Virus record (IMG/VR): IMGVR_UViG_3300046328_000221
Span: 30,046-94,045 of that record
Reading direction: 5' to 3' (one strand)
Source of the DNA: a virus
DNA: 64,000 nt
Below, piece by piece: positions 30,692 through 42,999 of the stretch. The notes below the pieces were generated by a model. That model did not search any database and had not been told where the DNA came from. It saw only the letters and a program-made list of their open reading frames with translations. Position numbers and translations under genes: made by a program. Positions within the stretch are counted from its first letter, which is position 1; each line of letters opens with the position of its first letter.

Positions 30692-30953
30692 TCACACCTT
30701 TGAGACTAATATCTCATATCAAATATATTGTTCTTCTGAATGTAGAGAGTCTGCAACCAAAGAAAAAATTGCAGCACGGTATCTACAGACTAGAAGGACT
30801 AGGCGTAGTGGGAAAAACAGGGTATGTAAATCTTGTGAGCAAAGCTTGTCTATCTATAATGATAATGATCTGTGCTTAAACTGTGATGTAAATCCGAAAG
30901 ATGTTTTAAAAGCATTGAAGGATATTAAAGGATTAGCAAATGGTAAAAATTAG
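30663..30953 (+). CDS. Cys-rich Zn-finger protein
   Basis: Several CxxC-type pairs. Confidence 0.6.
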   Translation: MKTKHCQWCDHTFETNISYQIYCSSECRESATKEKIAARYLQTRRTRRSGKNRVCKSCEQSLSIYNDNDLCLNCDVNPKDVLKALKDIKGLANGKN

Positions 30954-31515
30954 TGCTGTTAATGAAAAGCCAAAAGTAGTATGTAGTATTGATGCTAGTA
31001 CTAACAGTCTGGCATTTGCCATATTCTCCGACCTTTCATTAATAAGCATTGGCAAGATCAATTTCCAGGGTACTAATACATACGCTAAAGTTGCAGATGC
31101 TGCTAAGAAAACGGTATCATTCTTTAAAGAGTTTGAAATTGATGCCATTGTGATTGAACATACAGTCTTTATGAATAGTCCTAAGACTCAGGCTGATCTA
31201 GCATTGGTTCAGGGTGCACTTTTAGGGGCAGCAAGTATCAATAATATTAAAATTGCTGGTTCAATCAATCCAATTACTTGGCAATCATATATTGGAAATA
31301 ACAAGCTTACTTCTGCTGAAAAACAGGAGCTTATGAAACAGTACCCAGATAAGTCAAAAGCCTGGTATACAACCAGAGCTAGAGATATTAGGAAAATAAG
31401 AACTATAGATTTCGTAAATACATATTATGACAAAGATATATCTGATAATGATGTTGCTGATGCTGTTGGTATTGGGCATTGGGCAATTCATAATTGGGGA
31501 AAGTTGACAAAGTAG
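30940..31515 (+). CDS. ruvC: RuvC-like Holliday junction resolvase
   Basis: SID.S; IVIE; D.ADA.GI motifs. Confidence 0.8.
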   Translation: MVKISAVNEKPKVVCSIDASTNSLAFAIFSDLSLISIGKINFQGTNTYAKVADAAKKTVSFFKEFEIDAIVIEHTVFMNSPKTQADLALVQGALLGAASINNIKIAGSINPITWQSYIGNNKLTSAEKQELMKQYPDKSKAWYTTRARDIRKIRTIDFVNTYYDKDISDNDVADAVGIGHWAIHNWGKLTK

Positions 31516-31532
31516 TATGATATAATTTTCTT

Positions 31533-32018
31533 ATGGGAAGAAAATTTTATAATGGATATAAACAAGGGCTATGGACCATAGTTAACTATCCAGCAAAAAG
31601 CAAAAAGGCATTGATGAGATGCAGTTGTGGTTACGAAACTTGGAACTTTTTATCTAACCTATCTTCTCACAATTCTCAAGGTTGCAGAAAATGCATGTTG
31701 CAAACTCCAGCACATAGAACCTATCTTTTAGTTCTTAGAACTGCAAGCAGGAGATCAATTAAGTGGAATATTTCAGAAGAGGCCTGGGTCACAATCTCAC
31801 AACAGGACTGCTTTTACTGTGGAGCTAAGCCGTCTAATATGATTACAGAATATGGATACCCATATAATGGATTAGACCGAATTGATTCAAATGGAATCTA
31901 TGAGTTGACAAATGTAGTTTCCTGCTGTAAGATTTGCAATAGATCAAAAAGTGATATTACACAAGAAGAGTTTTATAGCTGGATAAGGAAAGCCTATGAG
32001 CAAATTATATCAAAGTGA
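31533..32018 (+). CDS. Free-standing HNH homing endonuclease
   Basis: CSCG; CFYCG; GLDRIDS..IY...NVVSCCKICN..K; own leaderless promoter. Confidence 0.85.
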   Translation: MGRKFYNGYKQGLWTIVNYPAKSKKALMRCSCGYETWNFLSNLSSHNSQGCRKCMLQTPAHRTYLLVLRTASRRSIKWNISEEAWVTISQQDCFYCGAKPSNMITEYGYPYNGLDRIDSNGIYELTNVVSCCKICNRSKSDITQEEFYSWIRKAYEQIISK

Positions 32019-32148
32019 AAATTGGCTTCGTAAACGCTATTGGCTAGACAAGAAAAGTCCAGAAGATATTGCAAAAGAGTGTGGGACAAGCGTAGAGACT
32101 ATCTATGTTTATCTTGCTAAATTTAAACTTAGGAGATCAAAACGATGA
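31996..32148 (+). CDS. Small HTH protein (50 aa, not in ORF track)
   Basis: WLRKRY..DKKSPEDIAKECGTSVETIYVYL. Confidence 0.7.
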   Translation: MSKLYQSENWLRKRYWLDKKSPEDIAKECGTSVETIYVYLAKFKLRRSKR

Positions 32149-32399
32149 CTATATTTTTAAGAGAACCACAGGTGACTCTAGAAAATGGAAAAATTATTCA
32201 AAATGGGGATCTTATTAAGATTCGTGGAGAGTATGGACTTAGCTTTAAGTTCCAGAATCTAACTACCAATCCTAATACTGGTGCTCAATGGATTGACTGT
32301 TTTGAGATGTTTCGTGGACATGCTGGGGTACTTAGATCATTTAGATCTGATAGAATTAAACGTATACCAAAGAGAAGAGTAAAGAAGAATGTCAACTGA
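32145..32399 (+). CDS. Hypothetical protein
   Basis: Coupled ORF with RBS. Confidence 0.55.
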   Translation: MTIFLREPQVTLENGKIIQNGDLIKIRGEYGLSFKFQNLTTNPNTGAQWIDCFEMFRGHAGVLRSFRSDRIKRIPKRRVKKNVN

Positions 32400-32922
32400 A
32401 GCAGATTTAATTGCACATCTAGATGAAGTAAATAAGGTAGTAGAGAAATATCTACAGGGAGCTGAACCTACACAAATATCTAAAGAGCTTGCCCTACCAA
32501 GACAAAAGGTAGTCGCTCATCTGAATGAGTGGAAGATGATGGCATCTGATAATGCTATTATTCGTGCACGTGCCAAGGAAGCTTTAGCAGGAGCAGATAC
32601 TCACTACAACAAGCTAATACAAAAAGCCTATGAGGTTATGGATGATGCAACTACTACTGCTAATCTTGGTGCTAAGAATGGTGCCATCAAACTTGTAATG
32701 GATATTGAGAAGACTCGCATCGACATGCTTCAGAAGGCTGGTCTGCTGGAGAATAAAGAACTTGCAGAAGAGATGCTAGAGATTGAACGTAAGCAAGATG
32801 TCCTTGTTGGTATCCTACGTGATATTGCATCTGAATACCCACAGATCCGTGATGAAATTATGCGTAGACTCTCTAACGTATCTAGAGAGCAGGAAGTGAT
32901 CACAATTGTCAACAATGTTTAA
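32389..32922 (+). CDS. Terminase small subunit (putative)
   Basis: N-terminal HTH and helical body; overlaps terL. Confidence 0.65.
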   Translation: MSTEADLIAHLDEVNKVVEKYLQGAEPTQISKELALPRQKVVAHLNEWKMMASDNAIIRARAKEALAGADTHYNKLIQKAYEVMDDATTTANLGAKNGAIKLVMDIEKTRIDMLQKAGLLENKELAEEMLEIERKQDVLVGILRDIASEYPQIRDEIMRRLSNVSREQEVITIVNNV

Positions 32923-34690
32923 TGAGTTCTTAGAGGTTCTCAAAAATAATAATTTCGATGAGACTCCAGTAGATGCTAAAACATTTGTTGAGGGTGAGAA
33001 TTATCTTGCTCAACCACCACTATCTCAAATTCAATATGACATCGTTGAGGCAATGAGTCAGATTTATAGACTTGAAGACTTGATTGATATCATGGGTGAA
33101 GAAGAGGGTAGACGTTACTATAAAAAGTATACAAAGAATGAAGTAATTCTACAGCTTGGTAAGGGTAGTGGAAAAGACTTTGTTTCTACTGTTGCTTGTG
33201 CATATATTGTTTACAAACTGCTATGCCTTAAAGACCCTGCAAGATATTTTGGTAAGCCATCTGGGGATGCTATTGATATTATCAATATTGCTATCAATGC
33301 TCAGCAGGCTAAGAATGTTTTCTTTAAAGGCTTTAAGACCAAGATTGAAAAATCTGAATGGTTTGGTGGGAAGTATAATCCAAAGGCTGAATCTATTGAA
33401 TTTGATAAAGGCATTACAGTTTATTCAGGACACTCTGAACGTGAATCCCATGAAGGTCTTAACCTGATCCTTGCCGTGCTAGATGAGATCTCTGGTTTTG
33501 CTACTGAAGTTGGAACTGGAAACGAACAGGGTAAGACTGCAGACAATATCTACAAGGCTTTCCGTGCTTCTGTAGACTCTCGTTTCCCAGATCTTGGAAA
33601 AGTTGCACTACTATCTTTCCCTCGTTATCCAGGTGACTTTATTTCCCAGAGATACGATGCTGTAATTGCAGAGAAAGAAGTTATTACAAAGCATCATAAG
33701 TTTATTATGAATGAAGATCTGCCAGCGGATGCAGAAGGTAACTCATTGGAAATTAGTTGGGATGAAGATACCATTCTTTCTTATAAGTTTCCAGGAATGT
33801 TTGCTATCAAGCGTCCTACTTGGATCGTAAATCCAACTCGTAAGATTGATGACTTTAAGCTTGCATTCTATACAGACCTTGGCGATGCAATGATGCGTTT
33901 TGCATGTGTTCCAACCTATTCATCAGATGCATTTTTTAAGCAGATAGATAAGGTTAGAGCAACTATGTCTTTGAGAAATCCTCTAGATTCAAATAGAAGA
34001 TTTGATGAAACATTTACTCCAGATCCAGATAAAAAATATTTTATTCATGCTGACCTTGCACAGCGTCACGACAAGTGTGCTGTTGCTATTGCCCACGTAG
34101 AAAAGTGGGTAAATATTCAGGTAATTAAAGACTACCAACAAGTAGCACCTGTAGTCGTAGTAGATGCTGTAGCATGGTGGGAGCCAAAGATTGAAGGTCC
34201 TGTAAACCTTTCAGAGGTAAAGCAGTGGATTCAAAACTTGCGAAGACTAGGATTCGATATTGGTATGGTGTCTTTTGACCGTTGGCAGTCATTTGATATT
34301 CAGAATGAGCTAAAGCAGGTAGGAATTAGAACTGAAACTGTCTCAGTTGCAAAGAAGCATTATGAGGATATGGCAATGTTGGTATACGAGGAAAGACTTG
34401 CCATGCCAGCAATTGACCTTCTATTTGAAGAGCTTACAGAGCTTAAGATTATGAAGGGTAACAGGGTAGACCACCCTAGAAAGTCCTCTAAGGACCTTGC
34501 AGACGCTGTCTGTGGGGCTATCTTTGGAGCAATATCACATACACCAAAAGACACTAATCAGATGGTTGAGATTCATGAGTTTAGGGATAGACCTAAAAAA
34601 ATACTTGACAACGATAAGGACAATGTGATAAGATTGAAGCCTATGCCAGATGACGTTAAGAAATATTTGGGTAGATTCGATCTAATCTAA
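32906..34690 (+). CDS. terL: Terminase large subunit
   Basis: GKGSGKD Walker A; AVLDE Walker B; HADLA..HD; DHP...SKD.ADA nuclease motifs. Confidence 0.9.
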   Translation: MSTMFNEFLEVLKNNNFDETPVDAKTFVEGENYLAQPPLSQIQYDIVEAMSQIYRLEDLIDIMGEEEGRRYYKKYTKNEVILQLGKGSGKDFVSTVACAYIVYKLLCLKDPARYFGKPSGDAIDIINIAINAQQAKNVFFKGFKTKIEKSEWFGGKYNPKAESIEFDKGITVYSGHSERESHEGLNLILAVLDEISGFATEVGTGNEQGKTADNIYKAFRASVDSRFPDLGKVALLSFPRYPGDFISQRYDAVIAEKEVITKHHKFIMNEDLPADAEGNSLEISWDEDTILSYKFPGMFAIKRPTWIVNPTRKIDDFKLAFYTDLGDAMMRFACVPTYSSDAFFKQIDKVRATMSLRNPLDSNRRFDETFTPDPDKKYFIHADLAQRHDKCAVAIAHVEKWVNIQVIKDYQQVAPVVVVDAVAWWEPKIEGPVNLSEVKQWIQNLRRLGFDIGMVSFDRWQSFDIQNELKQVGIRTETVSVAKKHYEDMAMLVYEERLAMPAIDLLFEELTELKIMKGNRVDHPRKSSKDLADAVCGAIFGAISHTPKDTNQMVEIHEFRDRPKKILDNDKDNVIRLKPMPDDVKKYLGRFDLI

Positions 34691-34718
34691 CAAAAATAAA
34701 GAAAAGGAAAATAAAACT

Positions 34719-35636
34719 ATGACTTCATTAAAGAAGCCACTTATTGCTATTGCCACTGCACTAGCTATCGCCACAACTGCTCTAACTGCACCAGCTTCTG
34801 CTGCTACTGCTGGACTCACTGTAAATGCCGCTGAGCCTGCTACTACTGGAAGCACATCAGCAACTGCAATCGTATTGCCAGTACCTTCAAATAATGTTGT
34901 TGGTGTAAACAATGCACTAAAGATTGCTCTAACTGGTATAACTGCTGGATCAACAGTAACTGCTGTTGCTACTAATGCTACACTGCTAACATCACTAACT
35001 TCAGCTACCGCATCTTCAGGTTCAGCTAGCCTAAGCATTGCTACTGGAACTGGAACTGTTGCAAACATTTTTGTATATACGAAGACCACATCAGTTGGAA
35101 CAGTTGTTGTTACTGCAGATAATGTTGTTACAACTTATTACGTTAAGGGTTTAGCTGGACCAGCCTACAATGTTTCTGCTGACGTAGTTCCTACCGCAGA
35201 TCTGTCTAGCGTAAACACTTTGACAGCAAAAGTAACTGATGTATTTGGAAATGCTGTCGCTACATCTCCATCCGTTGTGATTATTGGAGGTACTGCTGGG
35301 CCTATTACTCTTACTGCTACAGTTGGAAGTTACACTTCTGCAATTACTACACCTGCAGTTGCTGGTGAAATTATAATTGAGACAAGTATTTCTCCTACTG
35401 CAGTTGATGGTTTTGCTGCTCCAGTAAAGGCTATTGTATCAAAGGTTTCTGTTGGTGACCTACGTGCACAGATTAAGTCTTTGTCTGCAGATCTTGCATC
35501 AGAAAAGACTGCTCGTATCACAGATAAGACAGCTGCCGATGCTGCATACGTTGCTTTGAGGGCAAAGTTTAATGCTCTCGCCAAGAAATATAACAGCAAA
35601 ACTGCTAAAAAGTACCAGGTTGCTTTGTTAAAGTAA
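34719..35636 (+). CDS. Secreted Ala/Thr/Val-rich Ig-like surface protein with C-terminal coiled coil
   Basis: Signal peptide (MTSLKKPLIAIATALAIA...ASA); VTDVFGNAV Big-like motif. Confidence 0.7.
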   Translation: MTSLKKPLIAIATALAIATTALTAPASAATAGLTVNAAEPATTGSTSATAIVLPVPSNNVVGVNNALKIALTGITAGSTVTAVATNATLLTSLTSATASSGSASLSIATGTGTVANIFVYTKTTSVGTVVVTADNVVTTYYVKGLAGPAYNVSADVVPTADLSSVNTLTAKVTDVFGNAVATSPSVVIIGGTAGPITLTATVGSYTSAITTPAVAGEIIIETSISPTAVDGFAAPVKAIVSKVSVGDLRAQIKSLSADLASEKTARITDKTAADAAYVALRAKFNALAKKYNSKTAKKYQVALLK

Positions 35637-35655
35637 TATGTTATAATTGTATAAC

Positions 35656-35689
35656 TTAGGGGAGGGCTTTTCATAGGTCCTCCCCTTAA
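35656..35689 (+). terminator. Hairpin terminator
   Basis: TTAGGGGGAGGGC...GTCCTCCCCTTAA inverted repeat. Confidence 0.6.
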
Positions 35690-35718
35690 TTATCCCCATT
35701 TTAGAGAGAGGCTTAAAG

Positions 35719-36113
35719 TTGTCATTGAAGGTTGTGTACTTTTCAAATTATTCAGGCAACACAAAGCGTTTTGTAGAGAAGTTGGAAGTAGATGCCATCC
35801 GTATTCCTATTGACTGGGATCCAATAGATCCAGTCTATATAGACGAGGAATACGTTCTGATGGTTCCAACATATGGTGGAGGCTCTGATAAAACTGCCAT
35901 CCCAAGGCAGTTAGGAAAGTTTTTAAACATTCCTAGCAATAGGTTATGGCTACGTGGAGTAGTTGGTTTAGGCAATACAAACTTTGGAGAACATTTTTGC
36001 AAGGCTGCAGAGATGATCTCACAAAAGACTGGGGTACCAGTAATCGCCAAGGTAGAAATCTTTGGCACAATCGATGATGTAATCAAGGTAAAGGAAAGGT
36101 TGGCATTAATACA

Positions 36114-36117
<4 letters not shown>
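35719..36117 (+). CDS. nrdI: Flavodoxin NrdI
   Basis: YFS..SGNT.RF; PTYGGG; GNTNFG..FC.A. Confidence 0.93.
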
Positions 36118-39196
<3,079 letters not shown>

Positions 39197-39209
39197 TCTA
39201 TCTTTTGTT

Positions 39210-39239
39210 GGGGCTGGGACTTATGTCCTGGCCCCTTTT
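39210..39239 (+). terminator. Intrinsic terminator
   Basis: GGGGCTGGGAC-ttat-GTCCTGGCCCC followed by TTTT. Confidence 0.85.
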
Positions 39240-39302
39240 CTAATATTTAAATAATGATATAATTATCTTGTTAGCAACACCCCACTAACAGGAGAACCCC
39301 AA

Positions 39303-40655
39303 ATTAAAAAACTTTACAACTCATTACTAGTTTTAGGACTAGCTTTTAGTTCACTATTTTTTATTACCCCAGCATCTGCTGCTATAAATATTTCTGGTGA
39401 AGTATATGAAGGTGGACAACTAGTCTTAACAGCTCCTCAAGGTACTACCTTTGACGGAGTAATTTCTGCATTCTATGGTAATCCTAATGATCCTACGCAG
39501 GGTGCAGATGTAAGCCAGATTATTTTGCCAATGGTATTAGGACAATCTGTAGTAACCATTGATGCCAATAATGGAGTATTTGGTGACCCTATTTCAGGTG
39601 TATACAAAATACTTAGAGTAACTTTATCATATAAAGATCTAGAATTACCATCAAAACCAACATCAATTCTAACTGATCCAACCAGCCCTAACATTGTTAT
39701 AAATGGAGATAGCCTTGATGTGTCTTGGACTCACCCAGATGGAAGCACAATTCCAGTTGAAAGATATGCAATTATGTGGTTTACAAATACGTCAAATGGC
39801 TGGGGTATTGCAACTGGTAACGTAGGAGATTCACAATCTTTAAATACTCATATCTCTATTCCAATAAGTATAGTAGTAAATGATGGATATGGTAAAGATT
39901 ATTTCTTTATGATTAGAGCAGACAATGACACACTGCCATTTTATTCTAACTACTCTGGCCCAACTTCAATATTTTTGATGGACCCAACACCTATGCCTAG
40001 CCCATCACCAAAGCCTGACCCTCAGCCAAGCCCTGAGCCATCTCCTTTACCAGCACCAGCCCCTCAGCCTGAGCCTACTCCTGAACCTATTCCAGTACCA
40101 GATCCTACACCAACTGCTACTCCTGAACCTATTCCAGTACCAGATCCTATAGTAATTCCAGATCCTATAGTAATTCCAGATCCTATTCCAGAGCCAACGG
40201 TAGATCCAACACCTGCTCCAGAACCAGTCATGCCAGCTGAAGAAGTTGTTAATAATCTTATTGCCATCCCAGTAGAGGAGCTAACGGATGCTCAAGTGGA
40301 GCAATTAGTATCAGCTGCAGAGCAAACCCTATTAACTGCAGAAGATGGTTCACCAGCTTATGAGCAAGCCCTAGATGCTTTGGCAGTAGCAGCTGAAGCA
40401 GATGACGTAGAATTACCACAAGAGCTTGCAGCTATTCCAGGTGCAGTAGCAGTGCTTGAAGCATTTAATGCTCTTGGAAATATGGGTGCAGACATGTCTC
40501 CTGCAACTCGTGAAGAAGCAAAAAAGATCGTTGTAGCAGGAGTTGTAGCAGTTAATGCAGCCCTTGGTGCAATAACAATACCATCAGCTCCAGCAGCCCC
40601 TGCATCTGGTGGAATGTCATCAGGTTCAGGCTCAACAGCCAGAAGAAAGGAATAG
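39303..40655 (+). CDS. Exported/anchored protein: signal peptide, SUEL-like lectin, FN3, Pro-rich linker, hydrophobic tail (probable ATT start)
   Basis: Frame extends 74 codons upstream of the 39525 call to an ATT 8 nt after AGGAG, encoding IKKLYNSLLVLGLAFSSLFFITPASA. Confidence 0.7.
   Translation: MKKLYNSLLVLGLAFSSLFFITPASAAINISGEVYEGGQLVLTAPQGTTFDGVISAFYGNPNDPTQGADVSQIILPMVLGQSVVTIDANNGVFGDPISGVYKILRVTLSYKDLELPSKPTSILTDPTSPNIVINGDSLDVSWTHPDGSTIPVERYAIMWFTNTSNGWGIATGNVGDSQSLNTHISIPISIVVNDGYGKDYFFMIRADNDTLPFYSNYSGPTSIFLMDPTPMPSPSPKPDPQPSPEPSPLPAPAPQPEPTPEPIPVPDPTPTATPEPIPVPDPIVIPDPIVIPDPIPEPTVDPTPAPEPVMPAEEVVNNLIAIPVEELTDAQVEQLVSAAEQTLLTAEDGSPAYEQALDALAVAAEADDVELPQELAAIPGAVAVLEAFNALGNMGADMSPATREEAKKIVVAGVVAVNAALGAITIPSAPAAPASGGMSSGSGSTARRKE
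40075..40190 (+). repeat. Coding tandem repeats in PEP/PDP linker
   Basis: 33-bp CTACTCCTGAACCTATTCCAGTACCAGATCCTA at 40075 and 40117, then 18-bp CCAGATCCTATAGTAATT units. Confidence 0.85.
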
Positions 40656-40657
40656 TA

Positions 40658-40834
40658 ATGAAAGAAAAGATTAGAAAGTTTTTCAACGATATTCTAGGTC
40701 AGCTATGGACGCTGCTTGGTATGTTCGTTGCATATGGTGTTCTTGAAGGAGACTTTAAGACGATTGTTGGCAATGCAATTATTGCCTGTATCGCTATCTG
40801 GATTATTACATATAGCATTAGAAACAAAGAATAG
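40658..40834 (+). CDS. Small membrane protein (58 aa, not in ORF track)
   Basis: Two hydrophobic helices. Confidence 0.65.
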   Translation: MKEKIRKFFNDILGQLWTLLGMFVAYGVLEGDFKTIVGNAIIACIAIWIITYSIRNKE

Positions 40835-40857
40835 ACTAAATTCGAAAGGAATTTAAA

Positions 40858-41124
40858 ATGAAAAAAGAAGCAGTAGTAGGTGGATTAGCCACTATTAAGA
40901 ACGTTATCTGGAGAATTCTAGCAGTATTTGCAGCATCAGGTCTATCAGTTCTAGGAGCAGGAGCTATAGTAGGAGTTGATCTATTGTCAGCTGTATTGAT
41001 GGCAGGTATCCTAGGAGTAGCTACGGTAGTAGAGAAGCTAGCTAGAGCCTTCCTAGAGGATGGCGTATTGACTTTAAGTGAGATTAATGCAGCCTTTGCT
41101 AAGGTTGACAAGAACGCAAAATAA
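40858..41124 (+). CDS. Membrane protein (holin-like)
   Basis: Two TM segments, charged tail. Confidence 0.55.
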   Translation: MKKEAVVGGLATIKNVIWRILAVFAASGLSVLGAGAIVGVDLLSAVLMAGILGVATVVEKLARAFLEDGVLTLSEINAAFAKVDKNAK

Positions 41125-41210
41125 TAAGACTATTATCAGGCAACCCCCTTGACAACCCCCTTCTGGATGGTGTATACTAGACGTAAACATCATTTAGGAG
41201 GGGTTTTCTT

Positions 41211-41600
41211 ATGTCAGCAGCTAAGGCTATTCGATATCCAAAAGTGCCTACCAAGATTAAAATTGGAGCACAGGACTGGACTATCGTTGAGCGTACTCGT
41301 GATGACGATGGCTTAATTAATGATGACACTTATGGATATACTCTCCAGAAGAGCAATCTAATTGTTTTAGACAAACACTGCCCTCCATCACGTAAACGTC
41401 AAACTCTATTCCATGAACTATTTCATGCAATCCGTTTTTCAAATGGATCAAGTGGGATTAAACCAAATGTAGAGGATGTTCAGTCAGATGAGTTAATTTC
41501 TATTTGGGAACATTATTTTATTGCTATGTATGAAGACACAATGCTGTTAGTATTGCGTGAAAATCCAACGGTATCAGATTATTTACTAAGTCAAGAATAA
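41211..41600 (+). CDS. HExxH metallopeptidase-like protein
   Basis: TLFHELFHA motif. Confidence 0.65.
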   Translation: MSAAKAIRYPKVPTKIKIGAQDWTIVERTRDDDGLINDDTYGYTLQKSNLIVLDKHCPPSRKRQTLFHELFHAIRFSNGSSGIKPNVEDVQSDELISIWEHYFIAMYEDTMLLVLRENPTVSDYLLSQE

Positions 41601-41637
41601 GCTTGACAAACTACTAGGTTGAGAGTACAATATACAC

Positions 41638-41817
41638 ATGAATGAAATTGACAAAGAAGAAGTCTGGGAATGGCTTCAAATTGGAATTGACAAGGGATGG
41701 GTCACAGAACCATTCTGCTATACCCACGATGGGGATCCTTACATGACAGAAGAAGAGTCTCAAGAGTGGGAAGAAGGCGGAGATCCATGCTCACCAGTAC
41801 TCAAGATCCTAGCCTAG
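41638..41817 (+). CDS. Small acidic protein (59 aa, not in ORF track)
   Basis: Leaderless after TTGACA-17-TACAAT; C.THDG...EEGGDPC motif. Confidence 0.7.
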   Translation: MNEIDKEEVWEWLQIGIDKGWVTEPFCYTHDGDPYMTEEESQEWEEGGDPCSPVLKILA

Positions 41818-42218
41818 ATAAATATTGGAAGAAGCTTTGGCGTAATGTCAATATGTCTTCTACCCATGGTGCTGCAGGAGCACGTACAGATAATAATCCT
41901 AAGTTGCAAGGTCGTATCCGCAAGGGTAACCAATCAACTAGCTATCATGAAGTTAGCATTACCCTAGATGATCTAAAAGAACAATGGAACAAACAAAATG
42001 GCAAGTGCTACTGGCTTGGCATTGATATGAGTCTTGAAGATCTTATGATCAGTCGTTCACCATTTGCACCATCAGTTGATCGCCTAGATTCATCTGGACA
42101 TTATACAAAAGATAATATTGTACTAACATCACGATTTGCTAATCTTGGTAGAGGTGCATATGCTGGAGAAGATTTCAAGGAAAGACTTGACAAACTTTTA
42201 TCAGTCGTGTATAATTAA
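41787..42218 (+). CDS. HNH-like endonuclease upstream of the tRNA cluster
   Basis: Q.GKCYW.G; PSVDRLDSSGHYTKDNIVL...AN. Confidence 0.7.
   Translation: MLTSTQDPSLDKYWKKLWRNVNMSSTHGAAGARTDNNPKLQGRIRKGNQSTSYHEVSITLDDLKEQWNKQNGKCYWLGIDMSLEDLMISRSPFAPSVDRLDSSGHYTKDNIVLTSRFANLGRGAYAGEDFKERLDKLLSVVYN
42187..42215 (+). promoter_or_regulatory. Consensus promoter for the tRNA/ncRNA cluster
   Basis: TTGACA-N17-TATAAT. Confidence 0.85.
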
Positions 42219-42235
42219 AACTCACAATTAAATAT

Positions 42236-42308
42236 TGCCCTATAACTCAATTGGCAGAGTGACGAGCTGTTAACTCGTAAGTTCCTGGTTCGAGTCCAGG
42301 TGGGGCAG
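42236..42308 (+). tRNA. tRNA-Asn(GTT)
   Basis: Cloverleaf; loop CTGTTAA; GGTTCGAGTCC T-arm. Confidence 0.92.
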
Positions 42309-42361
42309 CTAATGGTTCAGCCAGCACCACTCTCAGAGAGACAGAGATAAAAGCTGGCAAT

Positions 42362-42432
42362 GCGTGTGTTGCATAATGGTAGTGCCTCATCCTTCCAAGT
42401 TGAAGGTGCCAGTTCGATTCTGGTCACACGCT
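42362..42432 (+). tRNA. tRNA-Gly(TCC)
   Basis: GCGTGTG/CACACGC acceptor; loop CTTCCAA. Confidence 0.88.
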
Positions 42433-42606
42433 CTATAGGTTAATCACCTATACGTGTACAAGTGCACGTAAAATTGTCAACGCTTGTTGCTGTCCAGGCA
42501 GTAATTAATCTGGCGTGTAAGCACCTCACGACATAGGTTCGGAGTTGGTCACTCGTCTTAGGAAACGACTCAGGGATATAGATCTGATTAATCTGATATC
42601 CCACTA

Positions 42607-42675
42607 GGATAGATAGTTTAATAGGCAAAACGGCGTTGATCAGCCAGATTGGGAGTTCGACTCTCCCTCTATCCA
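42607..42675 (+). ncRNA. tRNA-like RNA with shortened anticodon arm (GAT in loop)
   Basis: Perfect acceptor GGATAGA/TCTATCC, D-arm and T-arm; anticodon arm is only GGC-GTTGATCA-GCC. Confidence 0.65.
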
Positions 42676-42768
42676 CGACTTACACCTGCAGTTCGTAATT
42701 GTTCGGCACCTCGCAAGAGATTAAGTTGTAAGCAAAAAGGTTGGTCCACCCTCGTACGAGAACGGCTA

Positions 42769-42846
42769 GGACTCGCTCTCAGGGCATCGTCGAATGAGAG
42801 TAGCCAGCTCCGTATGGTGCGTGGAGGTGCAAATCCTCAGAGTCCA
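42769..42846 (+). ncRNA. tRNA-like structured RNA
   Basis: GGACTC/GAGTCC+A closing stem; 7-bp arm; GCCA-GCTCCGTA-TGGT arm; GAGG-TGCAAAT-CCTC T-like arm. Confidence 0.55.
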
Positions 42847-42925
42847 CAAACAGAATTACTTCACTTATAGTCCGCACTATAAGCTATTAGGATTCTGGGC
42901 TATGGCTGATCACCATAGCTATTTT

Positions 42926-42999
42926 GTTTCTGTAACTCAGTTGGTTAGAGTGCCACCCTGTCACGGTGGAAGTCGTGGGTTCAAGTCCCATCAGAGACG
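42926..42999 (+). tRNA. tRNA-Asp(GTC)
   Basis: Canonical cloverleaf; loop CTGTCAC. Confidence 0.93.

Noticed and set aside
42433-42925. tmRNA, RNase P or SRP RNA
   Set aside because: No G3-U70 Ala acceptor with a tag ORF, no GAGGAAAGTCC, and no SRP loop motif was found.
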